DNA from: an uncultured Nannocystis sp.
Lineage (GTDB): Bacteria; Myxococcota_A; Polyangia; Nannocystales; Nannocystaceae
Length of the DNA stretch: 64,000 bases
Reading direction: 5' to 3'
NCBI GenBank assembly: GCA_964474905.1
Contig: CAYYUP010000014.1
Span: 28,030-92,029, forward strand
Numbering within the stretch: the first letter of the stretch is position 1; the number at the start of each line of letters is the position of its first letter. The notes beneath the pieces were generated by a model that saw only the letters and a list, made by a program, of their open reading frames with translations, was not told where the DNA came from and did no database searches. Shown piece after piece: positions 27,965 through 36,574 of the stretch. A program made the translations under genes and the position numbers.

Positions 27965-28502
27965 GCCCAAGAAGAAGAAGGTCTTCGGTCTCCTGGCCGA
28001 GTACGAGACGCCGCGGGAGATCTTCCACGCCTGCGAGAAAGTCCGCGATGCGGGTTTTCAAAAGTGGGACTCGTACACGCCCTTTCCGGTGCACAACCTG
28101 GACAAGGCGATGGGTCTCAAGCCGTCGATGCTCGGCTGGGTGGTCTTTGTCGCCGGCATGACAGGGGCGAGCAGCGGCATGCTGCTCCAGTGGTGGACCT
28201 CCACTATCGAGTACCCGATCATCATCGCCGCGAAGCCCTACTTCTCGTACCAGGCCTTTGTGCCGGTGACCTTCGAGCTCGGCATCCTCTTCGCGTCGTT
28301 CGCCGCGGTCTTCGGCATGCTGGCCTTCAACCGGCTGCCGCAGTGGTACCACTCCTGTTTTAACAGCGAGCGCTTCGCGCGGGTGACCGACGACAAGTTC
28401 TTCATCTGCATCGAGTCGACGGACCCCAAGTACAACCCCGAGAAGACCCGTGCCTTCCTCAAGGACACCGGCGCGGTCGAGATCGAGGAAGTCGAGGACT
28501 GA
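27957..28502 (+). CDS. actD: Alternative Complex III subunit ActD (DUF3341-type membrane protein)
   Basis: [38 protein letters not shown] followed by two TM helices. It overlaps the actC end by 8 nt, the canonical position. Confidence 0.8.
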   Translation: MAKPKKKKVFGLLAEYETPREIFHACEKVRDAGFQKWDSYTPFPVHNLDKAMGLKPSMLGWVVFVAGMTGASSGMLLQWWTSTIEYPIIIAAKPYFSYQAFVPVTFELGILFASFAAVFGMLAFNRLPQWYHSCFNSERFARVTDDKFFICIESTDPKYNPEKTRAFLKDTGAVEIEEVED

Positions 28503-28504
28503 GC

Positions 28505-29197
28505 ATGACGCGCACGACTGCAACAGGTCTGATGGGCGCGACATTGGTCGCGGCTGGGCTCTTGGCCGGATGTCAGGGCAATCGCTCCGACATGCCGCCG
28601 GTCCACATCATCCACAACATGGACTTCCAAAACCGCTACGACGCGCAGGAGCAGAGCGATCTCTTCTACGGGATCGATTGCGCGGACGAGGCCGAAGCCG
28701 AGGCCGCAGCGATCGCCGAGGCCGAAGAAAGCGGCGAGCATCCGCCGCATAAGCCGCGCACCTGCTACGGCCGGGCAATGCGAGCGCCACCTGAGGGCAC
28801 GGTCGCCGTCGGTCACCTCAAGGACGACGATCACCTCTATCGCGGTCGCGGTCCCGACGAGCGCCTGGCGGACTCGCTGCCGGTGCAGATCGAGCTCAAC
28901 GCGGCCCTGCTAAAGCGCGGCGAAGAGCGTTACAACATCTACTGCCAGCCCTGCCACGACTACGCGGGCAACGGCAAGGGCGTCGCGGTGCTGCGCGGTG
29001 GCGGCTTTAAGGTCGTGCCGCCGAGCTACCACATCGCTCGGCTGAAGGCGATGCCGCTCGGTTACTTCTACAAGGTGATCACGGACGGGCAGGGCACCAT
29101 GCTCTCGTACGCCTCGCAGATCCCGGTCGAGGATCGCTGGGCGATCGCGGTCTGGGTTCGCACCCTCCAGGTCAGTCGCACGAATGGAGGCAAGTGA
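28505..29197 (+). CDS. actE: Alternative Complex III subunit ActE (monoheme cytochrome c lipoprotein)
   Basis: The lipobox is GLLAGC. There is a single CQPCHDYAG site, with MLSYASQIP as the Met-ligand region. Confidence 0.8.
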   Translation: MTRTTATGLMGATLVAAGLLAGCQGNRSDMPPVHIIHNMDFQNRYDAQEQSDLFYGIDCADEAEAEAAAIAEAEESGEHPPHKPRTCYGRAMRAPPEGTVAVGHLKDDDHLYRGRGPDERLADSLPVQIELNAALLKRGEERYNIYCQPCHDYAGNGKGVAVLRGGGFKVVPPSYHIARLKAMPLGYFYKVITDGQGTMLSYASQIPVEDRWAIAVWVRTLQVSRTNGGK

Positions 29198-30441
29198 TGT
29201 CCTCGCATGGCCCCAAAAAAATCCCTAAAGACCAGATCTGGGTAAAGCCAGGATCGCTCTGGGCTCGCTTGCCGATCATCGGAGCGGTGCTCGCGATCAT
29301 CGGTCTGGGCGGCTCGTTCTCGATGATGAGCGAGCATCCCCAGCAGTTTTGGTACTCGTACCTGACGGCGCTGGCGGTTTTTGTCGCCTTTGGCCTCGGC
29401 GGTCTCTTCTTTGTCATCATCCAGCACGTCACCCGTGCGGGCTGGTCGATCGTCGTCCGTCGCCTGGCGGAAAACGTGATGATCACCCTGCCAGCGCTCG
29501 GGCTTCTGGTGCTGCCAGTGGTCTTCATGGGCTCGCACGAGCTCTACGAGTGGACCCACCTGGAGGTCGTCGCCGCCGACACGATGCTCACCGCCAAGCA
29601 GCCCTACCTCAACGAGGGTTTCTTCATGGTGCGCATGCTGATCTACATCGGCGTGTGGACCCTGCTCTCGGGGCTCTTCTACGGTTGGTCGACCAGCCAG
29701 GACAGCGCCACCGGCGAGGCGATCATCAAAAAGGCGCACGCGATGCGTTGGCTGTCGGCACCGGCGGTCATCCTCTTTGCGCTGTCGATGACCTTCTTCT
29801 CCTTCGACTCCCTGATGTCGCTGGACCCGCACTGGTTCTCGACGATGTTCGGCGTGTACTACTTCGCCGGGATCGCGGTGACCTCGCACGCGATGCTCGC
29901 CCTCATCTCGATTCTGCTGCGCAAGTCGGGGTACCTAAAGGGTGTCGTCACCGACGAGCACAACCACGACCTGGGCAAGCTGATGTTCGGCTTCACGGTC
30001 TTCTTCGCCTACATCGGCTTTAGTCAGTACTTCCTGATCTGGTACGCCAACATCCCCGAGGAGACTCGCTGGTTCGCCTACCGGATCAGCGGCGACTACC
30101 TCAACCTCAGCATCCTGCTGGCGGTTGGCCGCTTCGTGATTCCCTTCTTCTACCTCGTCTCGAGGGTGCTCAAGCGGAACTCCAACACCCTCCTGGTGGC
30201 GGCCCTGTGGATCCTCTTTATGGAGATGGTCGACATGTTCTGGGTGGTCCAGCCGGTGCTCTCCAACCACCACGCCGAGGGCCAGCCCCTGACGATGCAC
30301 CTTGGTGCGGTCGACTTCTTGACCATGCTCGGTGTCGGCGGTGTCTTCCTTGCGGTCTTCGGTTGGGCGCTCGCTCGCCGGGCACTGATTCCTGTCAACG
30401 ACCCGCGTATCCAAGAGTCGCTGGAGTTCGAGAACTTCTGA
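29194..30441 (+). CDS. actF: Alternative Complex III subunit ActF (second NrfD-like membrane subunit)
   Basis: A polytopic membrane protein paralogous in layout to ActC. ATGA overlap with actE. Confidence 0.8.
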   Translation: MMSSHGPKKIPKDQIWVKPGSLWARLPIIGAVLAIIGLGGSFSMMSEHPQQFWYSYLTALAVFVAFGLGGLFFVIIQHVTRAGWSIVVRRLAENVMITLPALGLLVLPVVFMGSHELYEWTHLEVVAADTMLTAKQPYLNEGFFMVRMLIYIGVWTLLSGLFYGWSTSQDSATGEAIIKKAHAMRWLSAPAVILFALSMTFFSFDSLMSLDPHWFSTMFGVYYFAGIAVTSHAMLALISILLRKSGYLKGVVTDEHNHDLGKLMFGFTVFFAYIGFSQYFLIWYANIPEETRWFAYRISGDYLNLSILLAVGRFVIPFFYLVSRVLKRNSNTLLVAALWILFMEMVDMFWVVQPVLSNHHAEGQPLTMHLGAVDFLTMLGVGGVFLAVFGWALARRALIPVNDPRIQESLEFENF

Positions 30442-30462
30442 TGATCGCCTGATCATCTATCG

Positions 30463-30999
30463 ATGGAGACGGAGCGACCTGCCATGTCAGAACATCAGCA
30501 CTTCAAGGGCGGCCACGAGATGGATGAGCCGCCCACTCGTCACCTCTTCAACATTGTCGGCGGTCTCGGGTTTCTGACCTTGCTCGCGGTTTTCGCGCTG
30601 GTACAGGTCTTCCACTCGCAACGCGAGAGCCTCCAGTCCGAGCGCTACAGCAAGATTTCGCGGCGCCTGGCCGAGTACACCGCGGAGCAGGACAAGCAGC
30701 GTTTCGAGAGCGGCCAGTACGAGCTCAACGACGACGGCAAGATCGTCAAGCTGAGCTACGTTCCGCTCGCCCGCGCCACCGAGAAGGTGCTCGAGAATCC
30801 GGCCCTCCTTAAGGCTGGGCCGCCGCCGCCCGGCTTTGTGCACCCCGATGGTGCTCCCAAGCCGCCGCCGGCTCCTCCGGTTGTAAAAGCACCGCCGCCG
30901 CCACCTGTACCTGCTGGGGCAGAGGGTGCGACAGCCGGTCCCGCGACCCCCGCAGGGGCTGCCAAGCCAGCCAAAGATGGGGCAAAGTCGGGCCGCTAG
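30463..30999 (+). CDS. Hypothetical single-pass membrane protein with a Pro-rich tail (in the ActG position)
   Basis: One TM (LFNIVGGLGFLTLLAVFALVQVF), then a helical region and a PPPPGF...PKPPPAPPVVKAPPPPPVP tail. The ATG at 30484 has a better GGAG spacing than the one at 30463. Confidence 0.5.
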   Translation: METERPAMSEHQHFKGGHEMDEPPTRHLFNIVGGLGFLTLLAVFALVQVFHSQRESLQSERYSKISRRLAEYTAEQDKQRFESGQYELNDDGKIVKLSYVPLARATEKVLENPALLKAGPPPPGFVHPDGAPKPPPAPPVVKAPPPPPVPAGAEGATAGPATPAGAAKPAKDGAKSGR

Positions 31000-31029
31000 C
31001 GCGCTCAGCTGATTTTCACAACAACGACG

Positions 31030-31887
31030 ATGCGTACCTCCTTCACAGCTCTCTCGCTCACCGCGATGCTCGCACTGCCTCTGGGCATGGGAGCGGCCGT
31101 GGAGGTGCGTGCTGCCGACGAGGCAAACGCCCCGGCGATGCACGCGATCGACGTCGAGGAGCATCTGGGCGAGGTGATCGCCGGCGATCTCACCTTCAAG
31201 GATCACGCAGGCAAGACCGTTCGCCTGGGCGACTACTTTGACGGCGAGCGGCCGATCCTGCTGACGCTGAACTATTACCGCTGCCCGGTGCTCTGCAACG
31301 TGCAGCTAAATGCGCTCACCGAGACCTTGGGCGCCCTCGAGTGGACCCCGGGGGATGAGCACTTCCAGATCGTCACGGTCTCGATCGACCCCAACGAGGG
31401 TCCCGAGGTCGCTGGACCCAAGCGAGATTCGCACTTAAAGTCGCTCGATCGCGGCGACGATGTTGGCTGGGCCTTCCTCACCGGCGACGCGCTCAACATC
31501 AAGCTGCTCGCTGCTCAGGTCGGGGTTGGCTACGCCTACGACGCCGAACAAGACCAGTACGCGCACCCCGCTGTGGTCATGTTTTTGGCCCCTGACGGCA
31601 AAATTGTTCGTTACGTCTACGGGCTCACCTACGCTCCCAAGGACGTAAAATTCGGCCTCATCGAGGCCTCTGAGGGCAGAGTCGGTGACACGATCGACCG
31701 CATCATCCTCAGCTGTTTCCACTACGACGCGACCCTCGGTCGCTACGGTCCCTTCGCCTTCGGCCTGATGCGCCTCGGCGGAGTCTTCACGATCTTCTTT
31801 TTGGGTATGGGCCTTCTGTGGTTCCGGCGTCGAGAAAAACGCTCGGGCGGGATCAAGAGGGCCATGCACGCGGAGGTACCGACATGA
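31030..31887 (+). CDS. SCO-family copper chaperone, second copy, with a C-terminal membrane anchor
   Basis: A signal peptide, the CxxxC site LNYYRCPVLCNVQ, a distal His in DQYAHPAVVMFL, and a C-terminal TM (LGGVFTIFFLGMGLLWF). The stop overlaps the coxB ATG (ATGA). Confidence 0.8.
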   Translation: MRTSFTALSLTAMLALPLGMGAAVEVRAADEANAPAMHAIDVEEHLGEVIAGDLTFKDHAGKTVRLGDYFDGERPILLTLNYYRCPVLCNVQLNALTETLGALEWTPGDEHFQIVTVSIDPNEGPEVAGPKRDSHLKSLDRGDDVGWAFLTGDALNIKLLAAQVGVGYAYDAEQDQYAHPAVVMFLAPDGKIVRYVYGLTYAPKDVKFGLIEASEGRVGDTIDRIILSCFHYDATLGRYGPFAFGLMRLGGVFTIFFLGMGLLWFRRREKRSGGIKRAMHAEVPT

Positions 31888-32897
31888 TCCTCAACCTGCT
31901 CCTGGGTCCCAATGCGCAAGACCTCGGGACACCGCCGATGTCCTCCAGCCCGTTCTCGTTGCTACCCGCAGCGAGCACGAGCGCACAGGAAATCGACGAC
32001 GTCTACATCTTCATCACGCTGGTCTGTGCGATCGCGTTTGTGATCCTGATCGGCACTCAGGTGTACTTCATGGTGAAGTACAAGAAGCCAAAATCAGGGC
32101 ATCGCAAGACCTCGCCGATCACCCACAGCGGCAAGCTCGAGTTCTGGTGGAGCTTCATCCCCGCGCTCATCATGCTGGTGATGTTCGCCTGGGGCGAGAA
32201 GCTCTACATGGAGATGGCAGCTCCGCCCGACGATGCGATCAGCATTCGGGTGACCGCCCAAAAATGGTCTTGGACTATCGAGTACCCGGACACCGCAGGG
32301 GCGGTCCTGACTGACGAACTCATCGTTCCGGTCGGTATTCCCGTGCGGCTGACGATGACCTCGCGTGATGTCATCCACTCCTTCTTTGTGCCTGCGTTCA
32401 GGCAAAAGAAGGACGTGCTGCCAAACCGCTACACGACGATGTGGTTCGAGGCGAGCAAGATCGGGGTCTACCCGCTCTTCTGTGCCGAGTACTGCGGCGA
32501 AGAGCACTCGTCGATGATCGGCACCGTTCGGGTCGTCAGTGCGGACGTATTCCAGGCCGCCCTGGAAGAGGCCGCCCGCCTGGAGCAGGACGACGGCGAG
32601 TCGATGATCGACTTTGGCGAGCGCGTGTGGAAGCGGGGCGGCTGTGCCTCCTGCCACTCCCTCGATGGCACCGTCAAGACCGGCCCGAGCCTCCTCGATG
32701 TCTACGGTTCTGAGGAGACGTTGGCTGATGGCAGCACGGTCACCGTCGACGACAACTACATCCGCGAATCCCTGATCGAGCCTAATGCGAAGATCGTCCA
32801 GGGCTTCACCCCGCAGATGCCCAGCTTCGCCGGTCGTTTCGACGACAAGGCGATCACCGGCCTCATCGAATTCATCAAGTCCAACGAGTCCCAGTAG
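31884..32897 (+). CDS. ctaC: Cytochrome c oxidase subunit II, caa3-type (CuA domain with fused cytochrome c)
   Basis: The CuA ligands are DVIHSFFVPAF ... FCAEYCGEEHSSM. The C-terminal heme c site is GGCASCHSLDG with PQMPSF. The start at 31884 (MILNLL) is preferred to 31818. Confidence 0.9.
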   Translation: MILNLLLGPNAQDLGTPPMSSSPFSLLPAASTSAQEIDDVYIFITLVCAIAFVILIGTQVYFMVKYKKPKSGHRKTSPITHSGKLEFWWSFIPALIMLVMFAWGEKLYMEMAAPPDDAISIRVTAQKWSWTIEYPDTAGAVLTDELIVPVGIPVRLTMTSRDVIHSFFVPAFRQKKDVLPNRYTTMWFEASKIGVYPLFCAEYCGEEHSSMIGTVRVVSADVFQAALEEAARLEQDDGESMIDFGERVWKRGGCASCHSLDGTVKTGPSLLDVYGSEETLADGSTVTVDDNYIRESLIEPNAKIVQGFTPQMPSFAGRFDDKAITGLIEFIKSNESQ

Positions 32898-32912
32898 GCG
32901 GAGATAACAACC

Positions 32913-34556
32913 ATGTCAGAGCAGCCTGCTAGCTACGATCTCGAAAACCCGTCGGAGCCGAACTTCTACCGGGCCTCCAAGGGCCTGAAGTCCTGGATCT
33001 TCACGGTTGATCACAAGCGCCTCGGGGTCATGTACCTCGTCGCGGTCCTCACCTTCTTCTTCGTCGCGGGATGCCTGGCGCTAGCCCTGCGCACCGAGCT
33101 GCTCACGCCGCAGCAGGACTTCGTCAGCGCCTCGACCTACAACCAGCTCTTCACGCTTCACGGCGCGTTGATGGTCTTCCTCTTCATCATCCCGGCAACG
33201 CCGGCGGCGTTGGGCAACTTCCTGTTGCCTTTGATGTTAGGGGCCAAGGATGTCGCGTTTCCGCGTCTCAACCTGCTCAGTTTCTGGGTCTACTGCACAG
33301 CGGCGATCATGCTGCTCTGCACCCTCCTGATGGGGGGCCTGGACACCGGCTGGACGTTCTACACCCCCTATTCGACCTCTTCGGGGTCGGCAGCGGGCCT
33401 CGCGGCCCTGGGCGTATTTGTCGCTGGATTTTCATCGATCCTCACCGGTCTTAACTTCGTCGTCACCGTGCACAGGATGCGGGCGCCGGGGCAGACCTGG
33501 GATCGCATGCCGCTCTTTGTCTGGGCGATCTACGCGACCGCGGTGATCCAGATTCTGGCGACGCCGGTGCTGGCGATCACGGTGCTCCTGGTCTTTGTCG
33601 AGCGCTTCCTCGGGATCGGCATCTTCGACCCGGCGATGGGCGGCGACCCGGTGCTCTTCCAGCACTTCTTCTGGTTCTACAGCCACCCGGCCGTCTACAT
33701 CATGATCCTGCCGGGCTTCGGAATCATCTCCGAGGTGATCACGACGCATTCGCGCAAGCATATCTTTGGCTACAAGGCGATCGCCCTGTCGTCGGTGGCG
33801 ATCGCGGTCATCTCCTTCCTGGTTTGGGGACACCACCTCTTTGTCTCCGGCCAGTCGGAGCTCGTCGGTGTGATTTTCTCGCTGCTGACCTTCGCCGTTG
33901 CGGTGCCCACCGCGATCAAGGTCTTCTCGTGGGTGGCAACGCTCTACGGCGGCTCGATCATCTACAACACGCCGATGTGGTACTCGCTGATGTTCCTCTG
34001 GACCTTCACGATCGGCGGTCTAACGGGGCTCTATCTCGCGACTATCGCCGTCGATGTGCACCTGCACGACACCTACTTCATCGTCGCGCACTTCCACTAC
34101 GTGATGATGGGCGGGCTGGTCGTCGCCTTCCTCAGCGGCCTCTACCACTGGTGGCCGAAGATCACCGGCCGCATGTACCACGAGGCCTCCGGCAAGTTCG
34201 GGGCGCTGCTGGTCTTCATCGGCTTCAACATCACCTTTGGTACCCAGTTCTTCCTGGGTCACCAGGGCATGCCGCGTCGCTACTTCGCCTACCTGCCGGA
34301 GTACACGACGATGCATCAGGTCTCGACCTACGGTTCCTACATCCTCGGCTTTGGGCTGCTGGTCGCGGGGTACTCCCTGGCCACAGCGCTGCGCAAGAGC
34401 GCTCCAAAGGCCGGCTCGAATCCTTGGGAGGCGGTCTCCCTCGAGTGGCAGACCTCAAGCCCGCCGATCGAGCACAACTTCCACGACACTCCGCACGTAA
34501 CCGGCAGTCCTTACGATTTCCCCGAGATCGACAAGTCGGCCGGCGGTCACCACTGA
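32913..34556 (+). CDS. ctaD: Cytochrome c oxidase subunit I
   Basis: Heme-copper oxidase signatures [27 protein letters not shown] and [14 protein letters not shown]. Confidence 0.95.
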   Translation: MSEQPASYDLENPSEPNFYRASKGLKSWIFTVDHKRLGVMYLVAVLTFFFVAGCLALALRTELLTPQQDFVSASTYNQLFTLHGALMVFLFIIPATPAALGNFLLPLMLGAKDVAFPRLNLLSFWVYCTAAIMLLCTLLMGGLDTGWTFYTPYSTSSGSAAGLAALGVFVAGFSSILTGLNFVVTVHRMRAPGQTWDRMPLFVWAIYATAVIQILATPVLAITVLLVFVERFLGIGIFDPAMGGDPVLFQHFFWFYSHPAVYIMILPGFGIISEVITTHSRKHIFGYKAIALSSVAIAVISFLVWGHHLFVSGQSELVGVIFSLLTFAVAVPTAIKVFSWVATLYGGSIIYNTPMWYSLMFLWTFTIGGLTGLYLATIAVDVHLHDTYFIVAHFHYVMMGGLVVAFLSGLYHWWPKITGRMYHEASGKFGALLVFIGFNITFGTQFFLGHQGMPRRYFAYLPEYTTMHQVSTYGSYILGFGLLVAGYSLATALRKSAPKAGSNPWEAVSLEWQTSSPPIEHNFHDTPHVTGSPYDFPEIDKSAGGHH

Positions 34557-34578
34557 TTGATTAGGAGGCGGTAGCACC

Positions 34579-35277
34579 ATGAGCACTCCAACTCACGTCG
34601 CGCACCACACGACGGGTGAGCGCAATCCCTACCTGGCGCACCATTTTGACACGATGGGGCAACAGGCAGGGGCCGCAAAGCTCGGGATGTGGCTTTTCTT
34701 GGCCACCGAGCTGCTGATGTTCAGCGGCCTCTTCCTCGCCTACTTCGTCACCCGCATGTTCTATCCCGAGATGGTTCTCGGGGCCCACGAGTACCTGAGC
34801 AAGACCGCAGGTGGCGTTAATACCTGCGTGCTGCTCTTCTCGTCATGGACGATGGCGATGGCGGTCCGCTCGGCCCAGGTCGGGCGGCCCAACAACAAAG
34901 AGGACGCGGCCAAGATCAAGAAGTACTTGATCCTGACCCTGCTCTGCGCGCTCGTCTTTTTGGTCGTCAAGTACTTCGAGTACAGCGCCAAGTTCGAGCA
35001 CGGCATGTTGCCGGGCAAGTTCTACACGGCGCACCTGCACGGCTACGAGATCGAGGGTCTGCCGCACGTCTTCTTTGGCGTGTACTTCATCATGACCGGC
35101 CTGCACGGCATCCACGTGCTCGTTGGCATGGGCGTCATGATCTGGATGTACATCCGCACGAGCCGCGGCGAGTTTTCCTCGCAAAACTACGCCGGTATCG
35201 AGAACACAGGGCTCTACTGGCACCTGGTCGACCTCGTCTGGATCTTCCTCTTCCCCCTCCTCTACCTGGTGAAGTGA
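34579..35277 (+). CDS. ctaE: Cytochrome c oxidase subunit III
   Basis: [17 protein letters not shown] ... [15 protein letters not shown] ... [19 protein letters not shown]. Confidence 0.9.
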   Translation: MSTPTHVAHHTTGERNPYLAHHFDTMGQQAGAAKLGMWLFLATELLMFSGLFLAYFVTRMFYPEMVLGAHEYLSKTAGGVNTCVLLFSSWTMAMAVRSAQVGRPNNKEDAAKIKKYLILTLLCALVFLVVKYFEYSAKFEHGMLPGKFYTAHLHGYEIEGLPHVFFGVYFIMTGLHGIHVLVGMGVMIWMYIRTSRGEFSSQNYAGIENTGLYWHLVDLVWIFLFPLLYLVK

Positions 35278-35284
35278 GGCCGTT

Positions 35285-35794
35285 ATGAGCTCCGACGTCT
35301 ATCGCAATGGCAAAATGGTCGAGAACCCGGTTGAGGTCCACGAGCATGTCTCGCCGGTCTCGCTCTACGTAAAAATTCTCCTCGCGCTCTTTTTTCTCAC
35401 CGGGCTGACCTACGCGGTCTCCTTCGCCGACCTGGGGCCGCTGAGCCTGCCGGTGGCGATGATGGTGGCGACGGTCAAGGCGTCGCTGGTGATCGCCTTC
35501 TTCATGCACTTGAAGTACGACGATCGCTACAACCTCTTCATCTTCATGGGCACGCTGATGTTCATCGGCCTCTTCTTTGGGCTGACGCTCTACGATTTGG
35601 CGGCTCGCGACGCGCTCAACGATGAGCAGCGCACCTTCGTTCGCATGGAGGAGGAGCGGCTGGCCGGCAACCCGCCGAGTGTCGGGATCTCCAACGATGC
35701 GGTGCGTCTAGCCGAATGGGAGGCCGTTCACGGCGATGAGCACGAAGAGGGCGAAGAAGGCGACGCCGACGCCGAAGAGGGTGCCGAGCACTAG
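35285..35794 (+). CDS. Cytochrome c oxidase subunit IV (prokaryotic CoxIV family) with an acidic C-terminal extension
   Basis: VKASLVIAFFMHLKYD is the family motif. It has three TM helices. A roughly 60-aa extension ends in HGDEHEEGEEGDADAEEGAEH. Confidence 0.8.
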   Translation: MSSDVYRNGKMVENPVEVHEHVSPVSLYVKILLALFFLTGLTYAVSFADLGPLSLPVAMMVATVKASLVIAFFMHLKYDDRYNLFIFMGTLMFIGLFFGLTLYDLAARDALNDEQRTFVRMEEERLAGNPPSVGISNDAVRLAEWEAVHGDEHEEGEEGDADAEEGAEH

Positions 35795-35813
35795 TTCGTC
35801 GCTGCCCGTACAA

Positions 35814-35851
35814 AGAGCCGCTGCGCCGTGAGGCCCAGCGGCTCTTTTTTT
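35814..35851 (+). terminator. Rho-independent terminator of the respiratory cluster
   Basis: A 10-bp stem, agagccgctg (35814-35823) pairing with cagcggctct (35836-35845), followed by TTTTTTT. Confidence 0.75.
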
Positions 35852-35997
35852 GTGATTATTGGGATTAGGATAAGCAAGGCTGCGGTTTGTTCAGCTGGGC
35901 CCGTGTTACGGTTAGCCTGTGCGTGAATCGCGCGTATTTGATGCCCGTTCCGCTCGACTCCGAGTGACACCAGGACGCAGGCACCCTAGACATAAAA

Positions 35998-36012
35998 CTT
36001 ACGTAGCGTAAG
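35998..36012. promoter_or_regulatory. Perfect palindrome CTTACGtagCGTAAG upstream of ccmE (possible operator)
   Basis: 6-bp inverted arms with a 3-bp spacer, about 140 nt upstream of the ccmE ATG, in a lower-GC spacer. Confidence 0.3.
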
Positions 36013-36150
36013 GTCTGGCTGAACCGATGCAAAACCCGAATTCAAAACCGAACTCGAACCAAAGACCACAGGTCTCTCGCGACCGCTGGGCTTCTCGGAT
36101 CTGGAGCGGCGACGGGCCGGCAGAGGTCATGATAAGCATCGGAGGTTGAT

Positions 36151-36561
36151 ATGGCGCTCCCCTTCGCAACAAAGGCAATCTTAGCTCTAGCGGTCGCTGG
36201 CGCTGTTTCTTACCTGGTTCTCGCCGACGACGGCGAGGGCGTTTTAGAGTACGTCTACGCCGAAAAGGTCGTGGCTTCGCCCTCTGATTACGCCGGCCGC
36301 ACGATCAAGGTGCACGGCACCGTCGTGCCCGGGACGATCCGACAGAGGATTGGCGCCTCCGGCGACTACACCTTTGAGATCGAGAGCGAGGGCCAGCGCC
36401 TCGCCGTGCATTTCACCAATATGGTTCCCGACACCTTTGCTGAGGGCGGTGAGGTTGTTCTCACCGGTCAGCTAACGGACGACGGGGCCCGCTTCGACTC
36501 TGACGAAATGGCCGCAAAATGCCCGTCAAAGTACGAAGAAGAGCCGATGGCCAAGCCCTGA
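36151..36561 (+). CDS. ccmE: Heme chaperone CcmE, Cys-variant (CxxxY instead of HxxxY)
   Basis: An N-terminal TM anchor and an OB-fold core (IKVHGTVVPGTI ... VHFTNMVPDTFAEGGEVVLTG). The C-terminal heme-attachment region reads MAAKCPSKYEE (Cys codon 36520-36522, Tyr 36532-36534). Confidence 0.85.
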   Translation: MALPFATKAILALAVAGAVSYLVLADDGEGVLEYVYAEKVVASPSDYAGRTIKVHGTVVPGTIRQRIGASGDYTFEIESEGQRLAVHFTNMVPDTFAEGGEVVLTGQLTDDGARFDSDEMAAKCPSKYEEEPMAKP

Positions 36562-36574
36562 GGAGCCCACTGCA

